Source of the DNA: Alphaproteobacteria bacterium
GTDB lineage: Bacteria > Pseudomonadota > Alphaproteobacteria > Puniceispirillales > Puniceispirillaceae
Assembly: GCA_018666135.1 (NCBI GenBank)
Contig: JABJAN010000011.1
Location: 4,394-68,393 of the forward strand
Reading direction: 5' to 3'
DNA: 64,000 nt
This document shows, one piece after another, positions 18,778-28,755 of the stretch. Every line of letters begins with the position of its first letter. The first letter of the stretch is position 1. The notes under the pieces were generated by a model, which ran no database searches, was not told where the DNA came from, and saw only the letters and a program-made list of their open reading frames with translations. A program made the position numbers and the translations under genes.

Positions 18778-19243
18778 ATGGCTTAACAACCACTGGAGAT
18801 AATGAAAGTATTACACGGCCATTTATAGGAATCTCTGTTTTAGGTTTAATAACTGGATACATGGTTTCTTTTCCAGACCTAAAATTCATCTTATAACTTA
18901 GACTCTCATAGCCTGTTACTTCATCATTAGAATCTAGAATCGCAATTAATAATGGCACCTCCAAGCCTGCCACCTCATCAGCTTGATTCTCACTTCTGAC
19001 TAATTTCAAGCCAACATTAATATGCATAACCACAAAATCAGTTTTCACATTACAAGCGGCAGAAACACCATTTAGTCTAGCTTCTGCTGAAGTACCATTC
19101 TCAACTGTACGCAAGGTAACTCTGCTACCCTCTTCGATTGCTGTTATCTGGTTACTACAATCTGTAAGCGTAGGTCTCACCGTCTCACAACTCGTTAACA
19201 CTAACGATAGTATCATCACCATGATCGACTTGGTTTGCATCAT
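18776..19243 (-). CDS. Hypothetical lipoprotein
   Basis: Signal peptide with lipobox LVLTS|C. I do not recognise a family. Confidence 0.6.
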   Translation of the reverse strand: MMQTKSIMVMILSLVLTSCETVRPTLTDCSNQITAIEEGSRVTLRTVENGTSAEARLNGVSAACNVKTDFVVMHINVGLKLVRSENQADEVAGLEVPLLIAILDSNDEVTGYESLSYKMNFRSGKETMYPVIKPKTEIPINGRVILSLSPVVVKP

Positions 19244-19314
19244 ATCACCTTTATTTTCATATTTTAGACTGTCTTTAATTGACCTTTGTGACGTTATCGC
19301 GCAAATAAGGCGTT

Positions 19315-20262
19315 ATGAGAAGTCAAAAAAAAACAATCTTACTTGCAGCCCCACGTGGTTTCTGTGCCGGAGTAGAACGTGCAATAGAAATCGTTGAAAC
19401 AGCTTTGCAGAAATTTGGTGCTCCTGTCTATGTTCGTCATGAAATTGTGCATAATAAATATGTAGTGAATGAACTTGCGAGAAAAGGGGCTGTTTTTGTT
19501 GAAGAGCTTGATGAGGTGCCACAAGGTGCCCCTGTTATTTTTTCTGCCCATGGCGTTGCAAAATCAGTAAAGCATCAAGCAGAAGCTGAAAATATGATAG
19601 CTATTGATGCTACGTGCCCTCTTGTAACCAAAGTACATAATGAAACATCAAGGCACTTTCGCAAAGGCAAGCATACGCTGTTAATAGGGCATGCAGGACA
19701 CCCTGAAGTAGAAGGAACCATGGGTCAGGTACCAAACGGCGCTATAACACTGGTGGAGACTGTAGAGCAGGCAAAAACTGTTCAGCCTCCCTTATCAGAT
19801 GGTATTGCTTTTGCCACTCAGACAACATTATCTGTAGATGATACGTCTGAAATAATTTCAATCCTGCAGCACCGATTTGAAGATATAACTGGTCCGAGTG
19901 GTGAGGATATATGCTATGCGACAACCAATAGGCAAAATGCTGTCAAAAAACTTGCCCCTCAGGCAGATTGTTTTATTATTGTAGGCGCTGATAATTCATC
20001 TAATTCAAAGCGACTTGTAGAGGTGGCCCTGAAATTCGGGGCACATAATGCAATTCTTATCCCAGATGCGAATTCATTAGACTTGGACAGCCTTTCAGAT
20101 CTATCTGTGATAGGTCTTTCATCTGGCGCATCCGTGCCAGATATATTGGTTGATGAAGTGATTAAGAAATTGCAGACTAGATATGATGTTTCGATTAAAA
20201 CAGAAGGGTCAGCAAGAGAAGATATGGTATTTAATTTGCCTCCAATATTGAAAAAAAGATAA
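19315..20262 (+). CDS. ispH: 4-hydroxy-3-methylbut-2-enyl diphosphate reductase
   Basis: Three cluster Cys residues in GFCAGVERAI, ATCPLVTKVH and ICYATTNRQ. Confidence 0.95.
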   Translation: MRSQKKTILLAAPRGFCAGVERAIEIVETALQKFGAPVYVRHEIVHNKYVVNELARKGAVFVEELDEVPQGAPVIFSAHGVAKSVKHQAEAENMIAIDATCPLVTKVHNETSRHFRKGKHTLLIGHAGHPEVEGTMGQVPNGAITLVETVEQAKTVQPPLSDGIAFATQTTLSVDDTSEIISILQHRFEDITGPSGEDICYATTNRQNAVKKLAPQADCFIIVGADNSSNSKRLVEVALKFGAHNAILIPDANSLDLDSLSDLSVIGLSSGASVPDILVDEVIKKLQTRYDVSIKTEGSAREDMVFNLPPILKKR

Positions 20263-20267
20263 GTATA

Positions 20268-21227
20268 ATGGCAGTCTATACACCTGTTTCTGATATCCAG
20301 CTTTCAGACTTTCTCAAGGATTATGCGTTAGGGGACATTATTAGCCTCACAGAGATTACTGAAGGCGTTGAAAATTCTAACTTTATATTAAAAACAAGCT
20401 TAGATAATTTCATCCTAACCCTGTATGAGAAGCGCGTAAGTGGCGATGATTTACCCTTTTTCATGAACTTGCTTAGTGAATTGCATAATCAAAATATTAA
20501 CTGCCCAAGACCTATCACTAATAAAAATGGTGACATAATTAATATCTGTGCTGGGAAAAACGCAACCATAGTATCTTTTCTTGACGGTAAGACAGCACAA
20601 TTTACAAATGATAGCCGTTGCTCTGAAATTGGCGTGGTACTTGCCAAACTACATCTTGCAACATCAAAACTGACAGCCCATAGACCCAACCCTCTTGGTC
20701 CTAATAGCTGGCTTAATATTATTCTTGATACAGATGATAGCTATACCGATTTACCAACAACATTACGTGCCGAAGCTACTGAGCAAATAACCAAACTTAT
20801 TTCACACTGGCCATCATCCCTGCCACAAAGTGTAATTCATGCTGATTTATTTCCAAATAATGCAATGTTTATAGACGATAAGCTTACTGGAATTATTGAT
20901 TTTTATTTTGCCTGCACTGATTTTTATGCCTATGACCTAGCCATTTGCTTGAATAGCTGGTGCTTTGAAGCTGATGGCAGATTTAATTCACAAAAAGCAA
21001 AAAAATTGATTAATAGCTATCAATCTGTGCGACCCTTAAACATAGACGAAATAAATGCACTGCCAATATTATCACAAGGTGCCGCAATGCGCTTTTTTGC
21101 TACACGATATTTTGACTGGCATCACACCCCTGCTGGTGCGCTAGTTCAGCGCCATGATCCTCTTGAATATTGGACTAAAATAACCTTTCTGAGAGATTAT
21201 GCAGATCACGCCCTTTATGGATTTTGA
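20268..21227 (+). CDS. thrB: Homoserine kinase (APH-fold, type II ThrB)
   Basis: 319 aa with the kinase motifs HADLFPNN and IIDFYF. The ispH-thrB-rnhA synteny is conserved. Confidence 0.85.
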   Translation: MAVYTPVSDIQLSDFLKDYALGDIISLTEITEGVENSNFILKTSLDNFILTLYEKRVSGDDLPFFMNLLSELHNQNINCPRPITNKNGDIINICAGKNATIVSFLDGKTAQFTNDSRCSEIGVVLAKLHLATSKLTAHRPNPLGPNSWLNIILDTDDSYTDLPTTLRAEATEQITKLISHWPSSLPQSVIHADLFPNNAMFIDDKLTGIIDFYFACTDFYAYDLAICLNSWCFEADGRFNSQKAKKLINSYQSVRPLNIDEINALPILSQGAAMRFFATRYFDWHHTPAGALVQRHDPLEYWTKITFLRDYADHALYGF

Positions 21228-21679
21228 GAATGAATAAGCAAATAATTTTGTTTACTGATGGTGCCTGTTTAGGAAACCCTGGTGCTGGCGGTTGGGCAGG
21301 TATTCTTTGCTATAACAATCATAAAAAAATAATATCAGGCGGTGAGCCGAATACGACTAATAACCGTATGGAGTTAACTGCTGTAATTATGGGGTTATCT
21401 GCGCTAACTCGCTCAGTGGAAATAAAGGTGGTTACTGATAGCCGATATGTAATGGACGGCACTCAGAAATGGATGGCGAATTGGAAAAAAAATGACTGGA
21501 AAACTGCTGCCAAAAAGCCTGTTAAAAATCAGGATCTTTGGCTCCAGCTAGATAATTTATGCACCAAACACGCAGTTAATTGGGAATGGATTAAAGGGCA
21601 TTCTGGTCACGCCGAAAATGAAGAGTGTGACCAAATTTCCCAAACAGAAGCTAAAAAAATTCAGGCAAAAACAGTCTAA
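21224..21679 (+). CDS. rnhA: Ribonuclease HI
   Basis: TDGACLGNPGAGGW, TNNRMEL and KGHSGH..NE.CD motifs. It overlaps thrB by 4 nt. Confidence 0.95.
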   Translation: MRMNKQIILFTDGACLGNPGAGGWAGILCYNNHKKIISGGEPNTTNNRMELTAVIMGLSALTRSVEIKVVTDSRYVMDGTQKWMANWKKNDWKTAAKKPVKNQDLWLQLDNLCTKHAVNWEWIKGHSGHAENEECDQISQTEAKKIQAKTV

Positions 21680-22165
21680 TTAGCTGGTAACAACAGATAA
21701 TAATGATTCTGCATCTGAGACTTTATATGCTTTTGGCTCCTCTTTGAAGAAATGAGTAATTATACCATCTTCAACAATAAAAGCACTCCTTGCGGCTCTC
21801 ACCCCTAATACAGGCCCCATATCTGTTTTAAGACCAAGCTCATCTGAAAAGCTGGCAACTGGATCTGCTAGCAAATCTATAAGTCCTGCGGCTCCTTTTT
21901 GTTCTGCCCAAGCCAGCATTACATGTGCATCATTTACCGCCAAGCAGGCAATTGCATCAATACCTGCATCCATGAATGCTTGATGGTTCGAAACATAGCT
22001 TGGAAGATGCTTCTCAGAACAGGTGGCTGTAAAAGCCCCTGGGACTGAAAACACAATAATTTTGCGCCCAGCGAAATAGGTTTCAGTATCAATGACATCA
22101 AGTCCTTCTGATGTTTTTGTCGTAATTTCAAGCTTCGGTATTTTGCTGCCAACATATAATGCCAT
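21680..22165 (-). CDS. Peroxiredoxin (Prx5/PrxD-type)
   Basis: 161 aa with the peroxidatic Cys motif PGAFTATCS. Confidence 0.9.
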   Translation of the reverse strand: MALYVGSKIPKLEITTKTSEGLDVIDTETYFAGRKIIVFSVPGAFTATCSEKHLPSYVSNHQAFMDAGIDAIACLAVNDAHVMLAWAEQKGAAGLIDLLADPVASFSDELGLKTDMGPVLGVRAARSAFIVEDGIITHFFKEEPKAYKVSDAESLLSVVTS

Positions 22166-22214
22166 AAAATGACTTTCCTTTAGTTAATTACTCTGTTTAT
22201 TTATTTTATTGATC

Positions 22215-24149
22215 TCAGTTTTTGTCTACTTTTGCTGCCATTATAGATGATAACATCCTGTCTGTGGTTAGAATTTCTGGCAATATAATAGGAGAATCTA
22301 GCTGAGGTGAAAATATAATGTCAAACGGAATCCCAAATTTGCCATGCTTAGCTAAAAACGCTGCTATCTCATCATTAGGGCTAGTCCAATCTGCCTGAAG
22401 TAAAATGAAATTTGCATCTTCAAAAGCCTGTATAATTGGTTTTGTTTCTAATACAGCGAGTTTATTTACATTGCAAGTTATGCACCAATCAGCTGTAACA
22501 TCTACGAATACTGGTCTTCTTGTTGATATAGCTTCTTCCATCACAGCGTTTGACCATGGTTGATAATTCATTTTTGCGTTTGCAAGTGTATCTTGACGCC
22601 ACCCTATGACATTTGAAAATATCCATAATATCCAAATCAAGGTTGCACATAGTAAAAATGCTGAAATCTGCTTAATTCTTAGCATCCACCTACCTGGATT
22701 TGGCAAAAACGACGTAAGTGAGGGTACTGCTGCAAATATAATAAAAGGTGAGGCAAGGCCTAACCCCATCACCAAAAGAACACTGATCAAGATTAAATTA
22801 CTCCCTGATAGCGCGAATGCAGCTGCCGTCCCGACAAAAGGAGCAGAACAGGGTGTTGCAAGAATAGTCGCCAGCATCCCAGAAAGAAAATCATACCGAT
22901 AGCCTGTATTATGGGCTGCAGGAGCAGATAATTTAGCCGCAAATTTTGGAATTGGCAGATACACCCAATCAAGTAAACTAGCAATAAATATGATTAATAT
23001 GATTGCTATAAATGCCAGAAAAATGGGGCTTTGAAATTGCACCCCCCAGCCTATTTGATATCCAATAGATCTAAAAATCAAAAGCCCAAGAGAAAGTAAA
23101 ATAAAGCTAGAAATTATGCCCAAAGCCGTTGCTAAAAAATGCCGTCTCATGTGACTGTGAGATTTATTTGTAGCATTTAGAAACGAGCTGACCTTAAGCG
23201 TGAGAACTGGCAATACACATGGCATAAAATTAAGAATAAAGCCGCCAATAAAACTGGTCAGTAAAATTACAATATATCCACTCAAGCTTGATGAGTTATT
23301 CGCGAAATTCTGGCTATTGCCTGTTGAGATTACTGCTTCAATTTCTTTTTTCTGCTCTCCTGAAAGGATAGTTAATATTAAATTTTGATTATTTAGGGCA
23401 GCTACAGGCTGATTGCCATTTACAGTAACGTCAACTACTACCCTTGCATCTGATTTTTCTTTAACTTTAGGCTTAGAAAAACTATAGCCTGGCAGTTTAG
23501 TTTCTATAAAGATGTCATCCAAACGCCCGTCTGGAACAGATAAAACTATCTGAACAGTTCTGGTTTCTAGCAATAAATTAATGGCACCTAATACAATGTC
23601 AGGACCTGTCATATTGGTTGGCACTTGTGCCTTAGCATAAGCAATTTCCTGTGCGAACACAGATGCAGTTGCCCTGCCTTCAGGTAAAAACAAACTCACT
23701 GAACCCGCGATAGGCACACATATATCAGAACAAATTAACGCGTCTAATTGACCCCTGAAGGAAAAATCTTTTCCTTGATTATTATGGGCTATAAAAAGGG
23801 GTAGAATTACTCTGCCAGAATACCCAAAACTATCTATCCCAAATATTGAAAGGCGTTCTGGAACTGGCCAAAAACGAGTGATTTTTTGCGCTTCTACATC
23901 TGGCGATAATTCAGGGGGTAGTCCTGCATCTCCTGGACTACGCCAATAAACCTTCCAACCTGGTTCAAGCTGAAACTCAAGGGCTGCTGGTATTTCTTTT
24001 AAATTACCAACAGCTTCAGTTCCACTAATTAGTCGAATTTTGGCATAATCAGATGAGAGCCAGTTGCCTTGAGCCGCGCCTAATGAGTTAATCCCACTAA
24101 GAAAGAAAAAAACTAAGGTAAAAAGAAATCGTTTCATATATGTGTACAT
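22215..24149 (-). CDS. DsbD/ScsB-family protein-disulfide reductase
   Basis: N-terminal periplasmic domain (GWKVYWRSPGDAGLPP, CSDICVP). The TM core has Cys in FMPCVLPV and TPCSAPF. The C-terminal thioredoxin domain carries DWCITC. Confidence 0.85.
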   Translation of the reverse strand: MYTYMKRFLFTLVFFFLSGINSLGAAQGNWLSSDYAKIRLISGTEAVGNLKEIPAALEFQLEPGWKVYWRSPGDAGLPPELSPDVEAQKITRFWPVPERLSIFGIDSFGYSGRVILPLFIAHNNQGKDFSFRGQLDALICSDICVPIAGSVSLFLPEGRATASVFAQEIAYAKAQVPTNMTGPDIVLGAINLLLETRTVQIVLSVPDGRLDDIFIETKLPGYSFSKPKVKEKSDARVVVDVTVNGNQPVAALNNQNLILTILSGEQKKEIEAVISTGNSQNFANNSSSLSGYIVILLTSFIGGFILNFMPCVLPVLTLKVSSFLNATNKSHSHMRRHFLATALGIISSFILLSLGLLIFRSIGYQIGWGVQFQSPIFLAFIAIILIIFIASLLDWVYLPIPKFAAKLSAPAAHNTGYRYDFLSGMLATILATPCSAPFVGTAAAFALSGSNLILISVLLVMGLGLASPFIIFAAVPSLTSFLPNPGRWMLRIKQISAFLLCATLIWILWIFSNVIGWRQDTLANAKMNYQPWSNAVMEEAISTRRPVFVDVTADWCITCNVNKLAVLETKPIIQAFEDANFILLQADWTSPNDEIAAFLAKHGKFGIPFDIIFSPQLDSPIILPEILTTDRMLSSIMAAKVDKN

Positions 24150-24267
24150 AATCCCTAAAACATATTTTGTCAGCGTTCCAAATGAATATTTGTGCGTTTT
24201 TTAATCAAAAGAACATTTTCTACCAAAAAAGATTGCTGGATTAAACATTCAAGTTAATATTACTTGT

Positions 24268-24849
24268 ATGAAACAAGAAAAAGCGTCTCTTATTTTTACA
24301 GAACTTGTTGGTCACTTTCTAGTTGCAACGCCGCAAATGAAAGATCCGCAATTCCATCAATCAGTTATATTCATGTGCAAGCATGACAAACAAACTGCTA
24401 TGGGTTTAATCATTAACAAACCTAAACAGGATTTCACCTTCTCAAAGCTAACAAAAAAGCTAAGCTTTATTAAGCCTCGTTTTGAACAAAATAGAATAAT
24501 TTATACCGGCGGTCCTGTTGAGAATAGACGAGGATATATATTACATTCTGAAGATCATTTAATGCCAGATTCAGTAAAAATTACTGATGAGCTGGCACTT
24601 TCTATGCAAGTGGATATGTTATCTGAAATTGCGAATGGCGTTGGTCCTTTACAATTTAAAATTATGCTTGGATATACTGGTTGGGCAGCAGGGCAATTAG
24701 AAGAAGAATTACGCCAAAATATGTGGATACATGTGCCTTCACTGCCGCAGATGATTTTTACGGATGATATCAGTTCAATGTGGGAGAATGCGCTTGGATA
24801 TTGCGGCTTCAATGCAAGCAATCTCTCCCCTCAATCTGGTTGGGCTTAA
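24268..24849 (+). CDS. YqgE/AlgH family protein (UPF0301)
   Basis: 193 aa with the family pattern GHFLVATP.M.DP.F..SVIFMC.H....AMGLIINKP. Confidence 0.85.
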   Translation: MKQEKASLIFTELVGHFLVATPQMKDPQFHQSVIFMCKHDKQTAMGLIINKPKQDFTFSKLTKKLSFIKPRFEQNRIIYTGGPVENRRGYILHSEDHLMPDSVKITDELALSMQVDMLSEIANGVGPLQFKIMLGYTGWAAGQLEEELRQNMWIHVPSLPQMIFTDDISSMWENALGYCGFNASNLSPQSGWA

Positions 24850-24912
24850 ATAAGGTTAAAATCAACCCAAATACAAATCAGATACAAAGCTCTAAGTTTA
24901 TTCAACAGATTA

Positions 24913-26316
24913 TTAGCGCATATTTTTATTAATTAGATTTTGCACTGCGTTTACCGTGCCTTCGATATCAATCTTAGTTTCTGGTCTGCCCATTAGATCC
25001 CTCAGATGTTCTGGCAATTCAGGTCTGGAGGAAATTGCTTTTTCCACCGCATCAGGAAATTTAGCGGGATGCGCACAAATAAGCGAGATAATAGGAACAT
25101 CTGCTGATATAAGTTTATCTTCTCTTGCCTTAGACGCAGCAAACAAGCCAACAGCACTATGTGGATCGAAGACCCCTGCGCCTTTATCATATAGTGATTT
25201 AATTGTTTGCAGTGTCTGTGCATCATCTGCACGATATGCAACAAAGGTTTGTTTTGCAGCAGTGAGTATTTGTGCAGAAATATCAAATGATCCCGTGGTC
25301 TCAAATTCGCTCATCTTCTGTGCACACAACTCGGCATCCCTACCAAGCAATTCAAATAATAACCTCTCAAAATTTGATGAAACTTGGATATCCATAGATG
25401 GACTTAGACTTTTCTCGACGGTCGCACGTTGCATTTTACCTGCGCCGAAAAAACGCGTTAAAATATCATTTTTATTAGATGCAATTATTAGCTTTTGAAT
25501 AGGCAATCCCATTTGTTTGGCAGCCCAGCCTGCAAATATATTACCAAAATTTCCAGTTGGCACACTAAAAGCAACTTCTTGTTGAGGCGCACCTAATTTC
25601 AAAGCTGATGTGAAATAATATACGATTTGAGGTACTAGGCGAGCCCAGTTTATCGAGTTAATTGCTGATAGATTAACATCATCTCTAAAGCTATGATCGT
25701 TAAAACATGCTTTCACAATATCCTGACATGTATCAAAATCACCTGTTACACACACTGCGTATGCACCAACACCTGCAAGAGAAGTCATTTGCTTTTGTTG
25801 AATAGGTGAAACTCTACCATTTGGAAATAAAATAAAAATATCCACAGAATCAAGATTTTGAAAGGCTTGCAGGGCTGCAGAACCGGTATCCCCGCTAGTT
25901 GCACCTAAAATAACAGAGTGCCGTCCTGTGGTAGCAAGCGCCTTTTGAAAAGCCCGTGCAAGAAATTGCATAGCATAATCTTTAAACGCTATTGTCGGAC
26001 CATGAAATAACTCTAATGCGTATAATCCATCTTCAAGCTGGGTAAGTGGAGCCACATCTGGATGCGTAAAATTTTCATAGGATTCTTTTGCAATCTGAGT
26101 AACTTGATTAATATCAAGATCGCCTTCCGTAAATTTAGAAATTACCCGCCCTGCAATCTGATAATAAGCAAGGTCCCTCATTTCTTCTATTTCGGAATAG
26201 GTGAATTTTGGCCATGTTTTTGGTAAATATAATCCGCCATCTCTGGCAAGGCCGTTAAGAAGGGCACCTTCAAACTGGGTGTTATTATTTTCTCCCCTAG
26301 TGCTTATATATTCCAT
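24913..26316 (-). CDS. thrC: Threonine synthase
   Basis: 467 aa with the PLP lysine in PTIAFKDYAMQ and the TSGDTG loop. Confidence 0.95.
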   Translation of the reverse strand: MEYISTRGENNNTQFEGALLNGLARDGGLYLPKTWPKFTYSEIEEMRDLAYYQIAGRVISKFTEGDLDINQVTQIAKESYENFTHPDVAPLTQLEDGLYALELFHGPTIAFKDYAMQFLARAFQKALATTGRHSVILGATSGDTGSAALQAFQNLDSVDIFILFPNGRVSPIQQKQMTSLAGVGAYAVCVTGDFDTCQDIVKACFNDHSFRDDVNLSAINSINWARLVPQIVYYFTSALKLGAPQQEVAFSVPTGNFGNIFAGWAAKQMGLPIQKLIIASNKNDILTRFFGAGKMQRATVEKSLSPSMDIQVSSNFERLLFELLGRDAELCAQKMSEFETTGSFDISAQILTAAKQTFVAYRADDAQTLQTIKSLYDKGAGVFDPHSAVGLFAASKAREDKLISADVPIISLICAHPAKFPDAVEKAISSRPELPEHLRDLMGRPETKIDIEGTVNAVQNLINKNMR

Positions 26317-26332
26317 CTAAAGAAACTCCTTA

Positions 26333-27103
26333 TTATGAATTTGGGGGAGATTTTTTTGAAAAATGTAATCTGCCATTTTGATGATGAAAAGCAAGATAAA
26401 CCCCGATTAAGGCTAATGCCAGTCCAAACCACGTTAATGCGTAATTAAAATGTGCATTTCGAACATCGATATTTACCTCAGCTGCAATTGGAAGCGTAAT
26501 AATATCTCCTGTTCTAACAACATCCATATAGAATTCTTGTATGATATCTTCTTGCTTTAAATAATCAGCAATCTCATCTGGCTTTAACGTAAACCAAAAT
26601 CCCGCCTCAGGCTCGTTCTCTGGCACAAAATACCCTTTTTCACCTGGAAGCCTTACAATACCCTCAATGGTTACCTCTCCCTCAGTCAATGAAAAAGGGC
26701 GTGTCTCTCTTAGCCTATAGGCTTCTGATACCCAACCTCGATTTATTAAAATAATACCGTCTGGAGTAGTAAATGGGGTAACTACATGGAACCCTGCATT
26801 ACCTTCATAGGTTCTGCCTGTTAAATATATTTCCAAAGAATGCAGATATGACCCAGTGACACTAATTCTTTGAAACTCAAATTTATCCACTGGTGCTATA
26901 ATTTGCACAATGCTTATTGCATCAGACCTACTTCTGCTCTCAAATTGCTCAATGAGCTCTGTTTTCTCAGCAAGTCTGGATAATTGCCAACTACCCAGAA
27001 AAATAAGCAAAATTATAGCAGGTATCGTGAATAGGGTAGGCCAGAATAATGGTCTGATTGTCATCATATCCTCAATCATAGAAGTTGAGTTGTTTTTTTG
27101 CAA
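26333..27103 (-). CDS. SURF1-family cytochrome oxidase assembly protein
   Basis: Two TM helices flank a periplasmic domain, with GSWQLSR and NHFNYALTWF motifs. It lies downstream of the cox genes. Confidence 0.9.
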   Translation of the reverse strand: MQKNNSTSMIEDMMTIRPLFWPTLFTIPAIILLIFLGSWQLSRLAEKTELIEQFESRSRSDAISIVQIIAPVDKFEFQRISVTGSYLHSLEIYLTGRTYEGNAGFHVVTPFTTPDGIILINRGWVSEAYRLRETRPFSLTEGEVTIEGIVRLPGEKGYFVPENEPEAGFWFTLKPDEIADYLKQEDIIQEFYMDVVRTGDIITLPIAAEVNIDVRNAHFNYALTWFGLALALIGVYLAFHHQNGRLHFSKKSPPNS

Positions 27104-27132
27104 AGAAGTACTTCATCCTAAAAATGAATACC

Positions 27133-27175
27133 ACAAAAAAACAAAGGGGCTTATTCAACAATAAGACCCTTTGTT
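27133..27175 (-). terminator. Strong Rho-independent terminator between ctaE and SURF1
   Basis: The minus strand reads AACAAAGGGTCTTATT-GTTG-AATAAGCCCCTTTGTT followed by TTTTT. That is a 16-bp stem with one mismatch, a tetraloop and a T run, starting 27 nt after the ctaE stop. Confidence 0.75.
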
Positions 27176-27201
27176 AAATATAGTTAAACGATTGGCTTTG
27201 C

Positions 27202-27987
27202 TTATCCACCCCACCAGTAAATTGCAACGAACAAGAATAGCCATACCACATCAACAAAATGCCAGTACCAAGCAGCAGCTTCAAATCCAAAATGCTGATC
27301 AGCTGTAAAATGTCCGCGTCTTCCGCGCATTAAACACACAAACAAAAATAGTGTTCCAATAATTACATGAAAGCCGTGAAAGCCTGTTGCCATGTAAAAT
27401 ACTGATGGGTAAATACCTTCTGTAAAACCAAAATGCGCATGCTGATATTCATAAGCTTGTAATGCTGTGAATAACAATCCAAGAAGCACAGTAATCGTAA
27501 GTCCAGAAATAAAATCCTTACGGTTGTTATGTTGCAATGCATGGTGTGACCATGTAACCGTACACCCTGATAGCAACAATATTAATGTGTTAATCAAAGG
27601 CAAATCAAATGGGTCAAACGTGTGAATTCCTTCTGGTGGCCACACGCCACCAACAGGAAATAACGCACTATCAAAAAAGGCCCAGAAAAACGCCACAAAG
27701 AACATTATTTCAGAAATGATAAATAACAGCATTCCATAACGCATACTTATTTGCACAACAGGTGTGTGGTGACCTTGATATTCAGCCTCAAGCACAACAT
27801 CTCGCCACCATAAAAACATGGTTAGAATTACTAAGCCAAGTCCAACGGCCAATGTCTCTAGACCAAATGGCTTGTCATGCATAAACATAGCTGCGCCAAT
27901 GGTAACAACAAAACCAGACGCAGCGCCTAACGCAGGCCAAGGGCTTGGTTCTACCAAATGATACGGATGCTGCTGTGTCCCACTCAT
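27202..27987 (-). CDS. ctaE: Cytochrome c oxidase subunit III
   Basis: 261 aa, 7-TM, with [12 protein letters not shown] at the N-terminus and the [21 protein letters not shown] motif. Confidence 0.95.
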   Translation of the reverse strand: MSGTQQHPYHLVEPSPWPALGAASGFVVTIGAAMFMHDKPFGLETLAVGLGLVILTMFLWWRDVVLEAEYQGHHTPVVQISMRYGMLLFIISEIMFFVAFFWAFFDSALFPVGGVWPPEGIHTFDPFDLPLINTLILLLSGCTVTWSHHALQHNNRKDFISGLTITVLLGLLFTALQAYEYQHAHFGFTEGIYPSVFYMATGFHGFHVIIGTLFLFVCLMRGRRGHFTADQHFGFEAAAWYWHFVDVVWLFLFVAIYWWGG

Positions 27988-28040
27988 GTGACTCTCCTTA
28001 AATTATTCATCAATTCCCCCGAACTAATGAGATTGAACAA

Positions 28041-28613
28041 TTAACTCTCTAACACTTTAAAAAAGGTATAGGATAAAACAACTTCATCAATTTTAATCGT
28101 ATTTTTGTCTGAAGCTATTTCTGGATCAAGATAAAATACCACAGGCATATCTACAGATTCACCAGGTGCTAACGGCTGCTCTGTAAAACAAAAACATTCC
28201 ATTTTCATAAAATATGGTCCTGCTTTTTGCGGTGTTACATTAAATGTGGATGTACCAGTTAAATGCTCATCTGATAAATTTGTTGCTCTGAATATTGCTT
28301 TTACTTGCTCACCTGGCATTAAAGTAACAGGTTCTGTAACTGGATAAAAAGACCAGTTAAGCTCTGGGTTTATATGTGAATTAAACCTAACCTTAACTTC
28401 GTGACCATCTACAATCGTGGTAGCACCTGATTGAGCAATCTGAGTTGTACCACCAAAACCAGTTACCTTGCAAAACAAGTCATATAAAGGAACAGAAGCG
28501 TATGCCAGGCCAACCATTGCAACAACAACAAAGCCCACCATAGCAAGACTTTTTGCATTCCGCTTATTTAAGTCAGGCTGGTTTTCTGAATTCTGATTGG
28601 TTGCTAGAGACAT
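28041..28613 (-). CDS. ctaG: Cytochrome c oxidase assembly protein CtaG/Cox11
   Basis: N-terminal TM helix and the copper-binding CFCF motif (MECFCFTEQ). Confidence 0.95.
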   Translation of the reverse strand: MSLATNQNSENQPDLNKRNAKSLAMVGFVVVAMVGLAYASVPLYDLFCKVTGFGGTTQIAQSGATTIVDGHEVKVRFNSHINPELNWSFYPVTEPVTLMPGEQVKAIFRATNLSDEHLTGTSTFNVTPQKAGPYFMKMECFCFTEQPLAPGESVDMPVVFYLDPEIASDKNTIKIDEVVLSYTFFKVLES

Positions 28614-28750
28614 TAATTTAAACCAATCCTAACCACAGTTATAATATAGAACACCAACACCAAACCGAATATTAATCCAAGTACAGCAAAATTCTTACGT
28701 TTACGTGTTTGCTTTAATTCTTTAGCTGTTTTTGGTATTAGCTCATCCAT
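28613..28750 (-). CDS. Small single-TM membrane protein (45 aa) between ctaB and ctaG; not in the ORF track
   Basis: My translation is MDELIPKTAKELKQTRKRKNFAVLGLIFGLVLVFYIITVVRIGLN. The ATG lies 5 nt after the ctaB stop, and the TAA overlaps the ctaG ATG (TAATG). Confidence 0.6.
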   Translation of the reverse strand: MDELIPKTAKELKQTRKRKNFAVLGLIFGLVLVFYIITVVRIGLN

Positions 28751-28755
28751 ATAAA

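Noticed and set aside
24956-25498. 180-aa plus-strand ORF antisense to thrC
   Set aside because: It lies entirely within thrC, which has clear PLP-enzyme motifs. The antisense product is Ser/Ala/Ile-rich with no recognisable features.
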